This document shows positions 25,291 through 36,899 of a DNA stretch of 64,000 nucleotides, piece after piece; the first letter of the stretch is position 1, and each line of letters starts with the position of its first letter. Location: the NCBI GenBank assembly GCA_036172245.1, contig JAYWIR010000105.1, positions 62,001 through 126,000 on the forward strand, read 5' to 3'. A model generated the notes under the pieces. That model worked only from the letters and a program-made list of their open reading frames with translations. It ran no database searches and was not told where the DNA came from. The DNA comes from Raillietiella orientalis (taxonomy: Eukaryota). The position numbers were made by a program, and so were the translations under genes.

Positions 25291-27349
25291 TCGATTGTTC
25301 TTCTGTGCTGTAGTAGGGGTAGCCAATGTTTCTCTCTGTGTAATAACGTCACTTTGAATGAGGATAGATATATAGAAGATCAGCTGCGGTTTACAAGTCA
25401 GACAGGACCGTGCCTTCTTTATTTTGACAACACTGGATCTAATTGTAATGTATGGCTGAGTAATCGTAAAAGTCCTACAGCTGGAGGTTGTTGCAGTTTG
25501 GACATTGAGGTGAGAAAATTTTGTCTGAGCCGCGGATATTTTTTGATTTTAGGTGCAGGGACCTCGTGCTTCTGAGCAGATTAATTTCTTCCTTGAGGGA
25601 CCAGACCGTTCTTGTTCTGTAACTTCTTCCGGAAAAGTTGTAACGTATGTATTTTTGTGCATTCTTGTTTCTAGTTTGGAACGTTTTGTTTTAAGCCGCA
25701 TTGCAATAGAGTACATATTTCCTAAAGACTTCTACTATTGTGTATAGCTTCTTCGAAGTCATTTACTAAGAAGCGTCTCTGCTTTCTTGTGTTTATTATA
25801 CAAAATGCGTTAACGGGAATATCTTTTTGATTTGTGTGCATCTGTGTTATTTAAAATTTTCGTCTGAATTCGCACGAGTTCCAGAAATTTTTTATAGAGT
25901 TTTAGGTTTGCAATTATGTATTTCATACTTCTCTATTTTCTCACATCGTCTGGCAGGAATGTAATTTGCGGAAGCAAGGTGTTCTATCCTTTGATTGCTC
26001 TGCCGCATTTAAATGGATAGTTTTCAATTGCTAACAAAAGCGTGGATAATTTTTTAGGCTAAGTCAAGGCCGGAATGTGAAGCCTGTACCTAGCAAACTG
26101 ATATGCACATGGACAGCTGGAACGACATTCACTGTAAAGTTGAAGGGCTTAACTGACTAGAAGTGTTATCATTATTTAATTCGAGTAGAATAAAGTGTTT
26201 GCATTTTGCTGTATTTTTTTCTTGGAAATTTAAATTATTCTAAATAAAAAATTCATTGCACAGATATCCTTCCTCCATAGGACCACATGTGTCGACCTAC
26301 TAATAAAAGCACAAGCGAATCGACTCTTTCTATCCTCGTTTACATTCTTGATACCGCATAACAGACAAAACTGATATCTTCCAAAGATATAGATGCTACA
26401 TTTCCTGTCTTTTGTGCATTTGAAAATGGGTTTGATTTTCTGATGTTCCAGAATTTTATCTGTTAGTTGTTAGACTTCCTTGTTATTTGTTTCTAATCGA
26501 AACAACTAGTTGTGTGCATTTTTTGATAAATAGTTGACTGGTTTGTTTGAGGATGTTACAACAATGTCAAACATTGAAACCCAAATTATAGTATCCTTTT
26601 GAAGATCTACATGAATTATTAATTAGATCATTGGTTAGCATAATGGCAAACACTCCACCAACAATTATTTCATCGTTATTTTCCATCCCTCTTATAGAGT
26701 TTTGTTTACTATAACATTAATTAGCATCATCTGTCATCAATACCACCGATTATTTACATTCAACATGATCATAATAATCTCTAGCTTCTTAACATTTGAT
26801 CCTTCAACTTTTTCTTCTGCACTTAGTTTGCACTGTTATTCAGACCATCTTTATCAGCAATATTCAAAGATACACTTATTCAATATTCAAATGCATTTCG
26901 AATCCAACTTGCAAGAACTCATGTGCACAAATTATTCCTTGATTTTAACAGTTTTATCAGAGAATTTTCCATTTCCAGTCTCAACTTACGCACCATACGC
27001 ATATCCTTTTTTTCCCTACCTCAGATATAACTTTCTTTAAGTGGAAAATGTGAAGACAGTCCATCCGCAGAGAGTCGATACGCTGGAAAGACTACAAACC
27101 CTCGATTGACTCTTCAGATCCTGCAAAATTGTCCGTACCTTGCGATAAGAAGGTGCAAAAGGCAATTGTGACGAGAAAGCAACTGGCTTTCATAGCCCAA
27201 CGGGAAAACGTCGAAAGGCCCTCGCATCGAACCGAAGCAAATTAGAGGACGACGAAGCCGTGTGAATCCTTGTGGGGGGAGAAGAAACAGGGAAAGACAA
27301 GAGATCCTTTCCATTCACCCATCAGAAAAGTAGGAGGGGTGAGGAGGTA

Positions 27350-28104
27350 TCCCCGTGCGTCTAGGAATTCGCAAGAAAAAGTTTCCGCTGCGGTTGCGTG
27401 AGCTGTCGCTGCCGCCCTCTGCGAAAGGGAAGTTGACAACGCCGAGACCTTGAAAGAGGGATCGTCGACGGCGCCACCCTCTCTGAATGCTGGAGCAGGT
27501 TCAAGCTGCCAGCAAAAGAGCAGGTAGAAAAAACATCTATCGTAAACACGAAATTTCGACTCCGAGGTGGAGTCCGATGGCAGCTCAAAGGTTCCCTAAG
27601 TCCCTTGGAAACCCTAGCCTGCGCAAAAACGCCAAGTTTATAGGAGAAAGCATGATGCCGCGAACGGATTTTGATAATCCTTGAAGTCCAAGACAGTGTT
27701 CTTTCACTCCAGAGAGAGCGCCGCGCGCGGCGTGCAGGAGAACGAGTGCGGCTGCGCTCCCCAACATGCTGCGCTCCAGGCTGATGCCTCGCCGGACGGG
27801 GCGGGGGAAGCACCGCCATTTCCGCAGCAGTGATGAGTGGGTTCGAATCTTCTCGTGGCATTCGCATGATCTGTTTAAAAGTCAACGGGCTGCAGGTTAA
27901 TAATAATAGGCGGTTGTTGGCTCACGTATTGCGCGAAGTTCCATCTGGTCCTGCAGCTGAAGATACACGCCTTCTCCGAACAGCAAGCCGCCGATCTCTC
28001 AGGTAGGACACAGAATTAATGGCAAAGCTCACAGAATGCCTGCAGAATGTCACTTCTCGTCCGAAACAGGATGGAAGGGTAGGTGCGGAACTTCCGTTTC
28101 CATG
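27350..28104 (+). mobile_element. LINE L-f: highly decayed ORF1 end and ORF2 start
   Basis: TGATG junction at 27831 followed by RGIRMICLKVNGLQ..RRLLAHVLR (degenerate APE N-terminus); left boundary uncertain. Confidence 0.6.
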
Positions 28105-28770
28105 TTGCCACCCGGTCACGGAGGGGTATTTACTATAAACAGAACAACCGTTTCGGAACAAGGGCCTCTCAAAGGCTAACACAACAGCGAACCTGCCGGG
28201 ATGTTGGGAAGAACAACGACTTGACTCTCCACTGCAGCGGACGTGGATATGGGAAAAAACAAAAAGAAAAATGAACTAAAATTAAAAAAAAAAAAATCTC
28301 TGGAAGGTCGGTAAGGGATCTTTACCCGCTTGGTGCAAGGTGCATTTACTGCAGGATTTCGTCGGAGTCCTTCATTATATTTGTTTATAGTTGGGGCAAT
28401 CGAATTGCCATCCACATGAAGCGAACTGTATATTCGATCACGTTCCTGTCGTAGTCATCACCATCTTAGTCACATCATCTCCAGGTGGCATCAATACCGC
28501 GGAAACATCAAAACGCTGCTACAGCTACGCCTCGCTACTGTCCGTCCTACACGAAGAGGAGCCGAAACACGAATCTGGGAACCTAACGAAAATCTTCCAC
28601 GCTACGAACCAGAGTGTGCAGCCGAGAGGACTAAAGAGATGGGGCGAACAACTCGGAACCGGGCGCATGAACTGAAGTGGCCCCCGGTAATGACATGATC
28701 CAGGATTCCACCCATAAAGTGGGAAAACTTAGCACTTACGTTGTTGCATCGCGGTCTATCCTGCAATGCG
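28105..28770 (-). mobile_element. LINE L-g: short 3' fragment with an inverted upstream segment (~28575-28770 on +)
   Basis: - strand terminus ccgggtg-gcaa at 28105; + strand QPRGLKRWGE..LKWPP..LHRGLSCNA. Confidence 0.7.
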
Positions 28771-31700
28771 GTTGAACGTGAAAGAGGTGAACCTGAAAGG
28801 TCTTTCAGAGCTCAGTGGGGGTCAGCGGTTGGAGATGATTGGGACCTTTTTAAGGCCTCGGTCCGCGAGTTCTGCGAGGAGTTCCCCTTGTACCGCCTGC
28901 GTCCCGGATTTGGGGATGGGGTGCGTAACGAACGGGCGTATTTGTATGCCCGCCGTTACGCAAGGACCCCCAACATTCGTCGCCTTGCGGAGTATCGAGC
29001 CGGGACCGAACGTCAAGCCTGGCAATCCGGGTCGGCCAGCTTGCTTAACGACCAGGGCCGGGAGCACTCTCCGACTAGAATACGGCACCTCGTGCGGCGT
29101 TATTATTCTTCCCCTTACGCCAGAGCGCCACCGGACCAAGATGCCTCTCGGCGCTTGCTTCCGGACGGTGTCCCGGCAATAAGGGAGGAGGAGAAGGAAA
29201 GCCTCGACGAGCCTTTTATTATCGGCGAAATTCTCAACAGTATCAAAAAGCTCAAGAGGCGGAAAGCACGAAAGGAGGACGGCCTGCAAGCGGAGTTTTT
29301 TCAATACTTCGGGGCAGAGTTTTCACCCCTGGTGCTTTAGTTGACAAGGCTTATCCGAGACCAAGGCGATGTTCCCGCCTCGTTTCGGTCAGCCAGAGTG
29401 AGGCTCCTTCCCAAGAGAGGAGTCCTCAGAGAACTCAGCAACTGGCGTCCGATTACCATTGTGAATACAGACGCCAAGCTGATCGCCGGACTGTGGGCGT
29501 CGCGTCTAGGACAAGTGGCAGAATCCGTAATTAGCCCGGAACAGACTTACGCTGTTCCCGGGCGAAGTATGGATGCCAACCTGTTCTTCGCGAGCACATG
29601 ATTTTGCTGGCAGAGTAGTAAACATGATCGAGAGCGTGTGAGTGGCTACCCCGCTTTGGAAGCGCCGGCCGGGCAGGGAAGGGACACCGGGCCGGAGAAG
29701 GGGGCCCCTGCGATCGCGGTCGATCTGCATAAAGCGTTTGACTCCGTGGACCAGGAGCTTTTGTTGGAGCTCCTGGGTCGCATGGGCTTCCCACCCTCCC
29801 TACTAACCTACCTGCGCTCCTGCTAGCGCAACGCTATAATCAACGTCTCTTTCAGTACTCAACAAGTGTACGGCGTGCCGGTGCGACGGGGTATCAGGCA
29901 GGGCGATAGCCTTAGTCCCCTGCTCTTCAGCGCCTACTTCGAGTTGGTGCTGAGAGCATACAGGGTGACTTTGGCTGCCTTGACGAGCTCGTGCCCCGGC
30001 ACGCCCGCCGTAGCGGCTTACGCCGATGATCTTCTTCTTCTTTTGCCAATGTCCGCCCCGGCAGCCGCAGTCGAAGATTTCTTCGACCTGCTGAGTCGTG
30101 GGACGGGACTACGGGTAAATAAGGCAAAGTCATCTGTGGAAGCGGTTGGTGCGACGTGGGTCGGACGGCCTGACTGGATCGGTTTGGGGATCCCCACGGC
30201 GAGGTGCTTGAAGTACCTTGGTGTGCCGTTGGGGGACTATTCCCCTTCGGAAGCGTGGGCGGGACGTCTTCAGAAAGAAGAGATGGCGATCCGCCCGTTT
30301 TTGGAAGACAGGTTTCTCCTTCCGGAACGGGCCGCGGTGTGAAACGCGTTCGCGGCTCCCATCCTCCGCCTTCTGCTTTTTGTTTTCCCCGTCCCGCCGC
30401 ACTCGAAGAAACGGACGAAGGACCTCCTAAGGATCGCAATTTGGGGGAGAGGGAGGCCCCGAGTCCCGTAGATGGACTTGTGTGCGCCGCGTCGGGATGG
30501 CGGTCTAGGCCTCTTGACGCTGTAGCGAGTGAAGACTTGGCTGCGATGGCGTATCCTGGCCATCGCAGCGAAGTTATGGAGCACCTTTTGGTGCATTCCG
30601 GCCCGCCTCCAAGCCAGCCGTTTGTCCCGCTGCGATGAACTCGCGTCTTTTCTTCTGCGCTCAGGCCAGAAGATAAGAAGATGCGGCCTACTGCTCAAGC
30701 GCATGGTAAAATTGGTCAAGGAGAACTTCTGGATGGCATGCAGCCCCGCCAACTCTTTCGCATGTCTGGAGGAATCTGTTAAAACGTGGGCGAGGTTAAA
30801 TGCCCAAGGAGAATAAAACTTCAACTGCCTGCGATTCTACAACCGTGCCCGCTGCAGCCTCCGGACCTTCTTGCAATGTTCCGCCCGGTGCACGTGGGCC
30901 GAGACCAGGCCCCTAGCTACGGCGATGCCCTTCCTGAAGAAGGCGCTCTCCAGCAGCCGCACGCCTAGGTGTCAAGTCTACTGCCGAATCGCAGGCAGAG
31001 AGAAGAAGTTAAGCGGCTGGACCACGGTGCAACTGCCCGATGCCACTACCCGAAGTGTCCTCCCGCGTGGTTTAAAGAGATGAAGCGAGCTGCTCAGCAT
31101 CCCGATGGATGACCTGATGTGGCCCCCGGAATTTATTGGATCGAGGATCCTCCCCATGAAGTAACAGGAGTCGGCGCTTCTGCTGTTGCATTGGGGTCTA
31201 CCCAGCAACGCACGCCGCCACCACTGGACCAGGGGTCGAGTAGATCCTGCCTGCATCAGGTGTGGGGAGCGGGAAACCCTCCCCCACCTCCTTGTTGATT
31301 GCGCAGCCCTATGACCCCTGTGGGAGGGTCTTGGTAACTCCCTACGGCTGCAGGAGGACAGCCAGCCCAGAGACGTTTTTCGGCTTCTTTTCGTGCGGGA
31401 TGCACTGCGACCAGCCGCCGCCCTGGCAGCACTCTGCTGCATCCGAGGAATCGTGACAAGCTTGAGCGATTACAGAAGACCGAGCCACGAGAGGGGTGCC
31501 GTCGAACTAGCAGTCCGCTACCTGCAGCTTGCAACCAGATGGCCCCACCTGGGAATCATTCGAACGGACCTCGAGGGCATCCAGGAAAGGATGGACCCTC
31601 CTCCCAGTAAACCGTGATCCCTTTCCCCCCCTCCAAATTCTTTTTGTTTTTCTGTTTTATTTATCTTTTTGTTTTTCCCCACCCCCTTCCGCTGCCGAGC

Positions 31701-31823
31701 AGAATCGCGCCGGTCTGCGTACCGCCGACCCGGCAGGTCCTGTTGAGTTGTCCGTAGTGGGGCCTAGTACCACTAATTGTAAAGAGAATTTACATTAAAC
31801 ACCCCGGCGTGACCGGGTGGCAA
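28771..31823 (+). mobile_element. LINE L-h: short ORF1 piece joined to the 3' three-quarters of ORF2, decayed
   Basis: LSELSGGQRLE (ORF1), then DWDLFKASVREF, WRPI, QGD, YADD; ends ccgggtg-gcaa. Confidence 0.9.
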
Positions 31824-32041
31824 CGTATAGAGAGGAGTAAAATTTTTTCACTATCCCGCGTCTCTGAGCGGGAACCGAGTGCTCCCGGCTTTGGTCGTCC
31901 AGCAAGCTGGCCGACACGGATTGCCAGGCTTGCCTCTCGGCTCCCGCTCGGTATTCCGCTAGCCTGCGCATGTCGGGGGTTCTCGCGTAACGTGGGGTCT
32001 AAAGATAGCACATTTCGTTACGCGGCCCCTCCCTAAATCCC
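31824..32041 (-). mobile_element. LINE L-i: ~220 bp ORF2 remnant between two antisense insertions
   Basis: GFREG..RRLAEYRAGAERQAWQSVSASLLDDQ..FYSSLY on the - strand. Confidence 0.8.
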
Positions 32042-34082
32042 TCTCCTCCAGAGCGGACGTGTTTTTCCTGAGCTCCCGAGTGAGTCGACAGGAAGCGGTT
32101 TTTTCTTTGTGTGTGTTCGTGTGGAACATCGTTGGTGTCCGATGGCAGCGATGCCTGAGGACACCACGATGGAGGTAGGCGTGGGGGAGGCTTGCCCACC
32201 CCCACAGCCTACGGAATCAGTGGCGTCCGCCCCGGAATCGCCCTCGCCGCCCAAGGCGAGGAGCTGGAGCGCCATGGTGGCCGCGCCGAGCGCGGAAACC
32301 ATGGCAGAGATGGCGGCCTAACGGGCAGCTGGGTACAAGCCCAGCTTGGTGTACCAGGTAGGCAATCTCCTTGACGGACGTACTGCTCGCGCTTTCTCGA
32401 GGGCGCTGCAGAACGCCAACGTATTAGAAAAGGATCTTGACGGTCTATCCGTGCTCAGCGGAGGTCAGCGCGTCGAGGTTGTCTGCAAGGACATCACCTT
32501 GGCGCAAAGCTTGATTACCACCCCACTGAACGTGGACGGACGCAAGATCCTTCCAGTGACGATGGACCGCTCCGTAGTGGTCCATCTGACAGGGATCACC
32601 AGCCGCATGACGCGGTCTGCGGTAGGTGATCAGTTAAGAAAATATGGCGATGTTCACGCGCTATGGCGAAAAGCCACAATCTTCGACGGCTACGATAGCC
32701 TGTTCGGAGGGCAGGCCGCCGCGCGCGTGATGGTGAAGGAGAGTGGGCTTCCCCACAAACTAGAGGTCAATGACGAAGTCGTAGACCTCTGGTACGTGGG
32801 GAAACCCCGCTTTTGTGGCTACTGCAATGCAGTAGGACACTTGCGCAAGCGGTGCCCGAACATTGCGTGCCACTTATGCGGGGAGAAGGGCCACGTGCGC
32901 CGCGTATGCCCTAAACGCCCCACTCCGGTACCGCCTCCTGCAAAGAAAGCACAGGCAAAACGCGGAAAAATGATCGAAAGACCAAAAAGAGATACTGGCC
33001 GGCAGCAGCCGCTAGCCCCTGTTCCTCCCACACAGGCGTCGGAAGAAAAACCTTACGAAGACGCGGGACTCCAAGACGGCTGGCAGCTGGTCAAGGCCAG
33101 GAAGGAGAAAAAGGTGCCCCCCGCGGAACCCGCGAAAGCGGTCAAAAAGACAGCCGGCAAGGCGAAAAAACCTGGGCCGCGCTGCAAGACCATGCGGGAA
33201 TGTACGGTGGCACTGGAGCGCATAGCCGTTCCCGAGACTGCCACCCGGGGCGACGAGCCTTCCCACGCCGTTTCCGCCGCGCCCGAGGTTCGCGACGACG
33301 AAGCCTCTGTTTGCACAGAGGGTGAGTCGCGCGAAGCGCGCCGAAAGCGAGGACGCCGCGTTCGCGCAGGCGGCGGAGGAGCTCGCGGCCACGCTGGCCG
33401 AGCGTGAGAACCCCTCACGCAAGGCCGTGCGAAGGCCGGCTCCGCCGAAGAAGGCCCCCGCAGGTGAGTGCGACCTGGGGGCCGGAAGTGCATCCTCCTC
33501 GTAGGAGGCACCCCCCCGGAAGACGGAACGCAAGTCCCAAAAGCCGAGGAGGCGCCTCCCCTCCACGAGCGAGGAGGAGAAGCAGGAAGCCGACGGCAGC
33601 GTGGGAATCCAGGATTGGGAATCCCACGCGCGGAAGTCGCCGAGCAGGCCACCCCCATGGAGGAGGGTGAGCAGGGAGGCGAAGTCCTCCTTGCCGGCGC
33701 GGACCCTGTACCGCCCACCCGTATGGAGGAGGGCCAACAGGTAGGCGCGACCCCACCGGAGGGTGACCCGCCCGACGCCCCGTCACCGATGGAGCAGGGG
33801 GACCAGGTGCTCGAGGCACCTGTCCCTCCTGCCCCAACTAGCGTCCCGCCCCAACAGGTGGCGGACGCCGCAGAGCGGATTTCCCAGGAATAACACCTGG
33901 GCTCGCCTGTCGCCGTCGAATCCGCGTAGCCAGTTGGAACGTCAACGGGCTGCGCGACGACGGCAACAGACGAGATACGGCCGACACCCTGCGTGAGTTC
34001 AACCTGGCCCTGCTGCAGGAGATCCACGTGATCACCGCGGCAGACGCCCAGGAGATCGAGACGATCGCGGGGGGTCGGTTGT
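32042..34082 (+). mobile_element. LINE L-j: 5' end, ORF1 and ORF2 start, cut by L-k
   Basis: AGAGCGGACGTG 5' motif; CGYCNAVGHLRKRC and CHLCGEKGHVRRVC; WNVNG after 33893. Confidence 0.92.
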
Positions 34083-34290
34083 TTGTCACCCGGGTGCGCC
34101 GGGGCGTTTATTATAAACTATCCGGGAACAGGGTTCCCGGACAAAGGGTAGAACAAGAGACGAAAGGGGTGGGATCCCCGACACGCAGGTCGGTATGCCG
34201 AAAGTCCGGAACGGGAAGGAAGGGACCACAAACACACTACTATATAAAAAAATAAAAGAAAAATATGGAGGGCAGGGGACAGGGGTCTTT
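34083..34290 (-). mobile_element. LINE L-k: 3' UTR-only fragment
   Basis: - strand AATAAA-cgCCCCGGcgcacCCGGGTG-acaa and a CCGAC-ctgcgt-GTCGG hairpin. Confidence 0.8.
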
Positions 34291-35283
34291 GGTGAGTCCG
34301 TTCCTTCCTTCACCCCCCTTGCCCCAGTGCTGCCCTCCCTCAGGAAAGTTCCGGACAGCCACCAACAGGCATCGTGGGAAGTGTCCTGCCCCATCGGAGG
34401 CAGGAAAAAATCACTGAAGGCGTGGACGCCTAGGGAACTAGCGGACGCTAGTACCCCGAGTGTCCCGCCGAACGGACTTTTACGCTGGAGCGCGCTGCTC
34501 GGTATACCTCCGGAGGAGGTGAAGTGGCCCCCAGCGTCATGGGACAACGGCACCCTTCCCCTGCAGTGGCAGGAGACGGCGTTACTTCTGCTCCACTGGG
34601 GACTTTTAAGCAGAGCACGCCTGTCTCGCTGGACATGGGGGAATGTGGATGCTAGTTGTGCAGAGTGCGGGGAAAGGGAGACCTTCCCCCACTTGATTCT
34701 GGAGTGTGTTGCCCTCCACGAAATGTGGGACAGACTCTCGTCGATCCTCAACATTCCGGAGGGTGACCCAAACAATTTATTCTAACGCCTCCTGACGCGA
34801 GACGGCTTGCCAGCCTCCGGGAGCGTAGCAGTACTCTGCTGCATACGCGGTATCTTGGAGAAGTGGACCGCGTCTAGGAGAGGAAGGACCAGCCGGAATG
34901 GCATCCACTGGGCAGCGATCTCCTTGGAGAAAGCGTGCCGTTGGCGCCGACTTCAAAAACATTTGCCGGCACTTGTTCGCATCCGAAACCGGATGCAAAG
35001 GCCTGCTCACGGCGCACCGTGATCCCCTCCCTCCCTCCCCCTCCCCAAGAAACATTGCCTTCCAGACGTTTCTCTTTTTGTTTTTGTTTTCTTTTCTTTT
35101 TCCCGTCCCGGTGCCAGTGAAGGACCTTATCGGCCCCCGGGTCGGTAAGCACGAGTGCTACTGAACTTCTGAACTTAACTTCTGACGACGTAAAAAGAAA
35201 AAGTTTAACTACATAGACTTTGTTACAAAATTTTGTAATATCAAAATTTTAGTAATAAAAGCCCCGGCTTACCCGGGTGAAAA
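34291..35283 (+). mobile_element. LINE L-l: 5'-truncated 3' fragment (L-c-like lineage)
   Basis: WEVSCPIGGRKKSLKAWT, CAECGERETFPHLILEC; ends ccgggtg-aaaa. Confidence 0.9.
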
Positions 35284-36899
35284 ACCTGAGCTGGGCTGGA
35301 GCGTTCTTGGTTCTGATGGTCCAGCAAGCAGGCCGAGACTGACTGCCAGGCCTGCCTCTCCGCCTCAGCTTTGAATTCCGCCAAGCGACGGACGTCGGGA
35401 CGCCTGGAATACCGGCGGGCCTGAAGGTAGGGCGGCACGTTCCTGACCCCATCGCCGAAGCCCGGCGGAAGACGTTCCAGGGGAAACTGGTCGCAAAACT
35501 CGCGGACTGAGCACTTCATTTCGTGCCAGTCCGCGAGCGTCTCAAGATGGAATCCTCGCAGGAAGGCGCGTAGATGTTCCGCCGCTCCTGCGAGGCGCAA
35601 CCAGCCCCCTGGCAGGCGCCACGTTTTCAAGGGAGGGCCCTTATTCCGCGAATGCAATCCGAGCACGAGCCGTGGATGGTCGGACAGCTCTGCCGGGAGC
35701 GTTCCTCGAGTTCCCACCCGCGTGCACAGGTGGTTCTCGAGGAACATGTGATCGATGTTCCGATCTCTCCCGGCATCACCGGCCAACAAGTTACGCGCAT
35801 TCATTGCTGCGCACAACTCGTTCACCAGTTGTGCTCGACTGCTGGGCGCACCTGCAAGCAGGCGGAGATTGAAGTCGCCCGCGATGAGGTGCGCCCGCCC
35901 TACGCTTGCTTCAGCCAACCAGTCTCGCCTCAGGGATTCGAAGAACGCAGTGCGTTCCTCGGCCCTGTGGCTGCTCACCGGAGCGTACAGGTTCGTCACC
36001 ACGAAATCGATCGAGTCAGAACACTTGAACGCAAGCTGCCCAACTCGACCGTCCTCGTCAAACCTGACGCTGCGCAGTGCGTTGTCGACGGATGGCTTCA
36101 GCATAAAGGCCACTCCGCAGGAGCGGTCGTTTCCGTTTCTCCACAGTAGCCGCCCTCCCGCGATTCTTTCCATTTCCTGGACATCTCCCGGTCGGAGAAC
36201 GTGCGTCCCTTGCAGGAGCACCAGGTCGAAGTCTCGCAGTATGGCGGCTACATCTCGCCTCTTTCCGTCGTCGCGCAACCCGTTGACATTCCAACAGGTG
36301 ATGCGCAAGCGGCGGCAGAAGGCGAGCCCACGCACTGATGCGTTTATTGTGGGGTGGAGGCGGCCTCCTCCCTTGCGGGAGGCGGCTTGTTGGCGGCCGT
36401 GACGACGGTCGGCTGCTCACACGGGAGCACGTCGTCCACAGCGACTTCCATGAGGCTGGCTTCCGAGACACGGATCGGAGAGGGGTCGCGTGGCGCGACG
36501 CACATTGCCTCCTCCTCCGTGCCCAAGGACATGGCATCCTCCACCTGCGGAGGGGCGACCAGTCTCGGGCAACCGGTCTTCTTGCCAGCTTTCCTCTTCG
36601 GCACGGCTGCGGAAGTAGAACAACAGGCTTCGGTTTCGGACTCGGAATTTTCCGGGCCCTTCACCGTTGCCGGTCGTCTCAAGGCCTTCTTTTCGGCCTT
36701 CGCAGGCCGCCTGAACATGGCTGCCAGCTCTTCCGCGGCCTGCGCGAAGGTCGCGTCCGTTATGCGCGCCGCCTCCTCACTTTCCGCACCGACGTTTGCG
36801 CAGGCGCGACAGGGGCGGCTTCATCGATCGGCGCGCAGACGTCCTTCGCTGGCAATGCCGGAACGGCATTGTCGTCAGCTAATGGTGACGTCACTGCGG
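35284..36899 (-). mobile_element. LINE L-m: ORF1 3' part plus ORF2 APE region
   Basis: ORF 35241-36335 carries the APE motifs; ORF1 tail 36344-36718. Confidence 0.92.
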
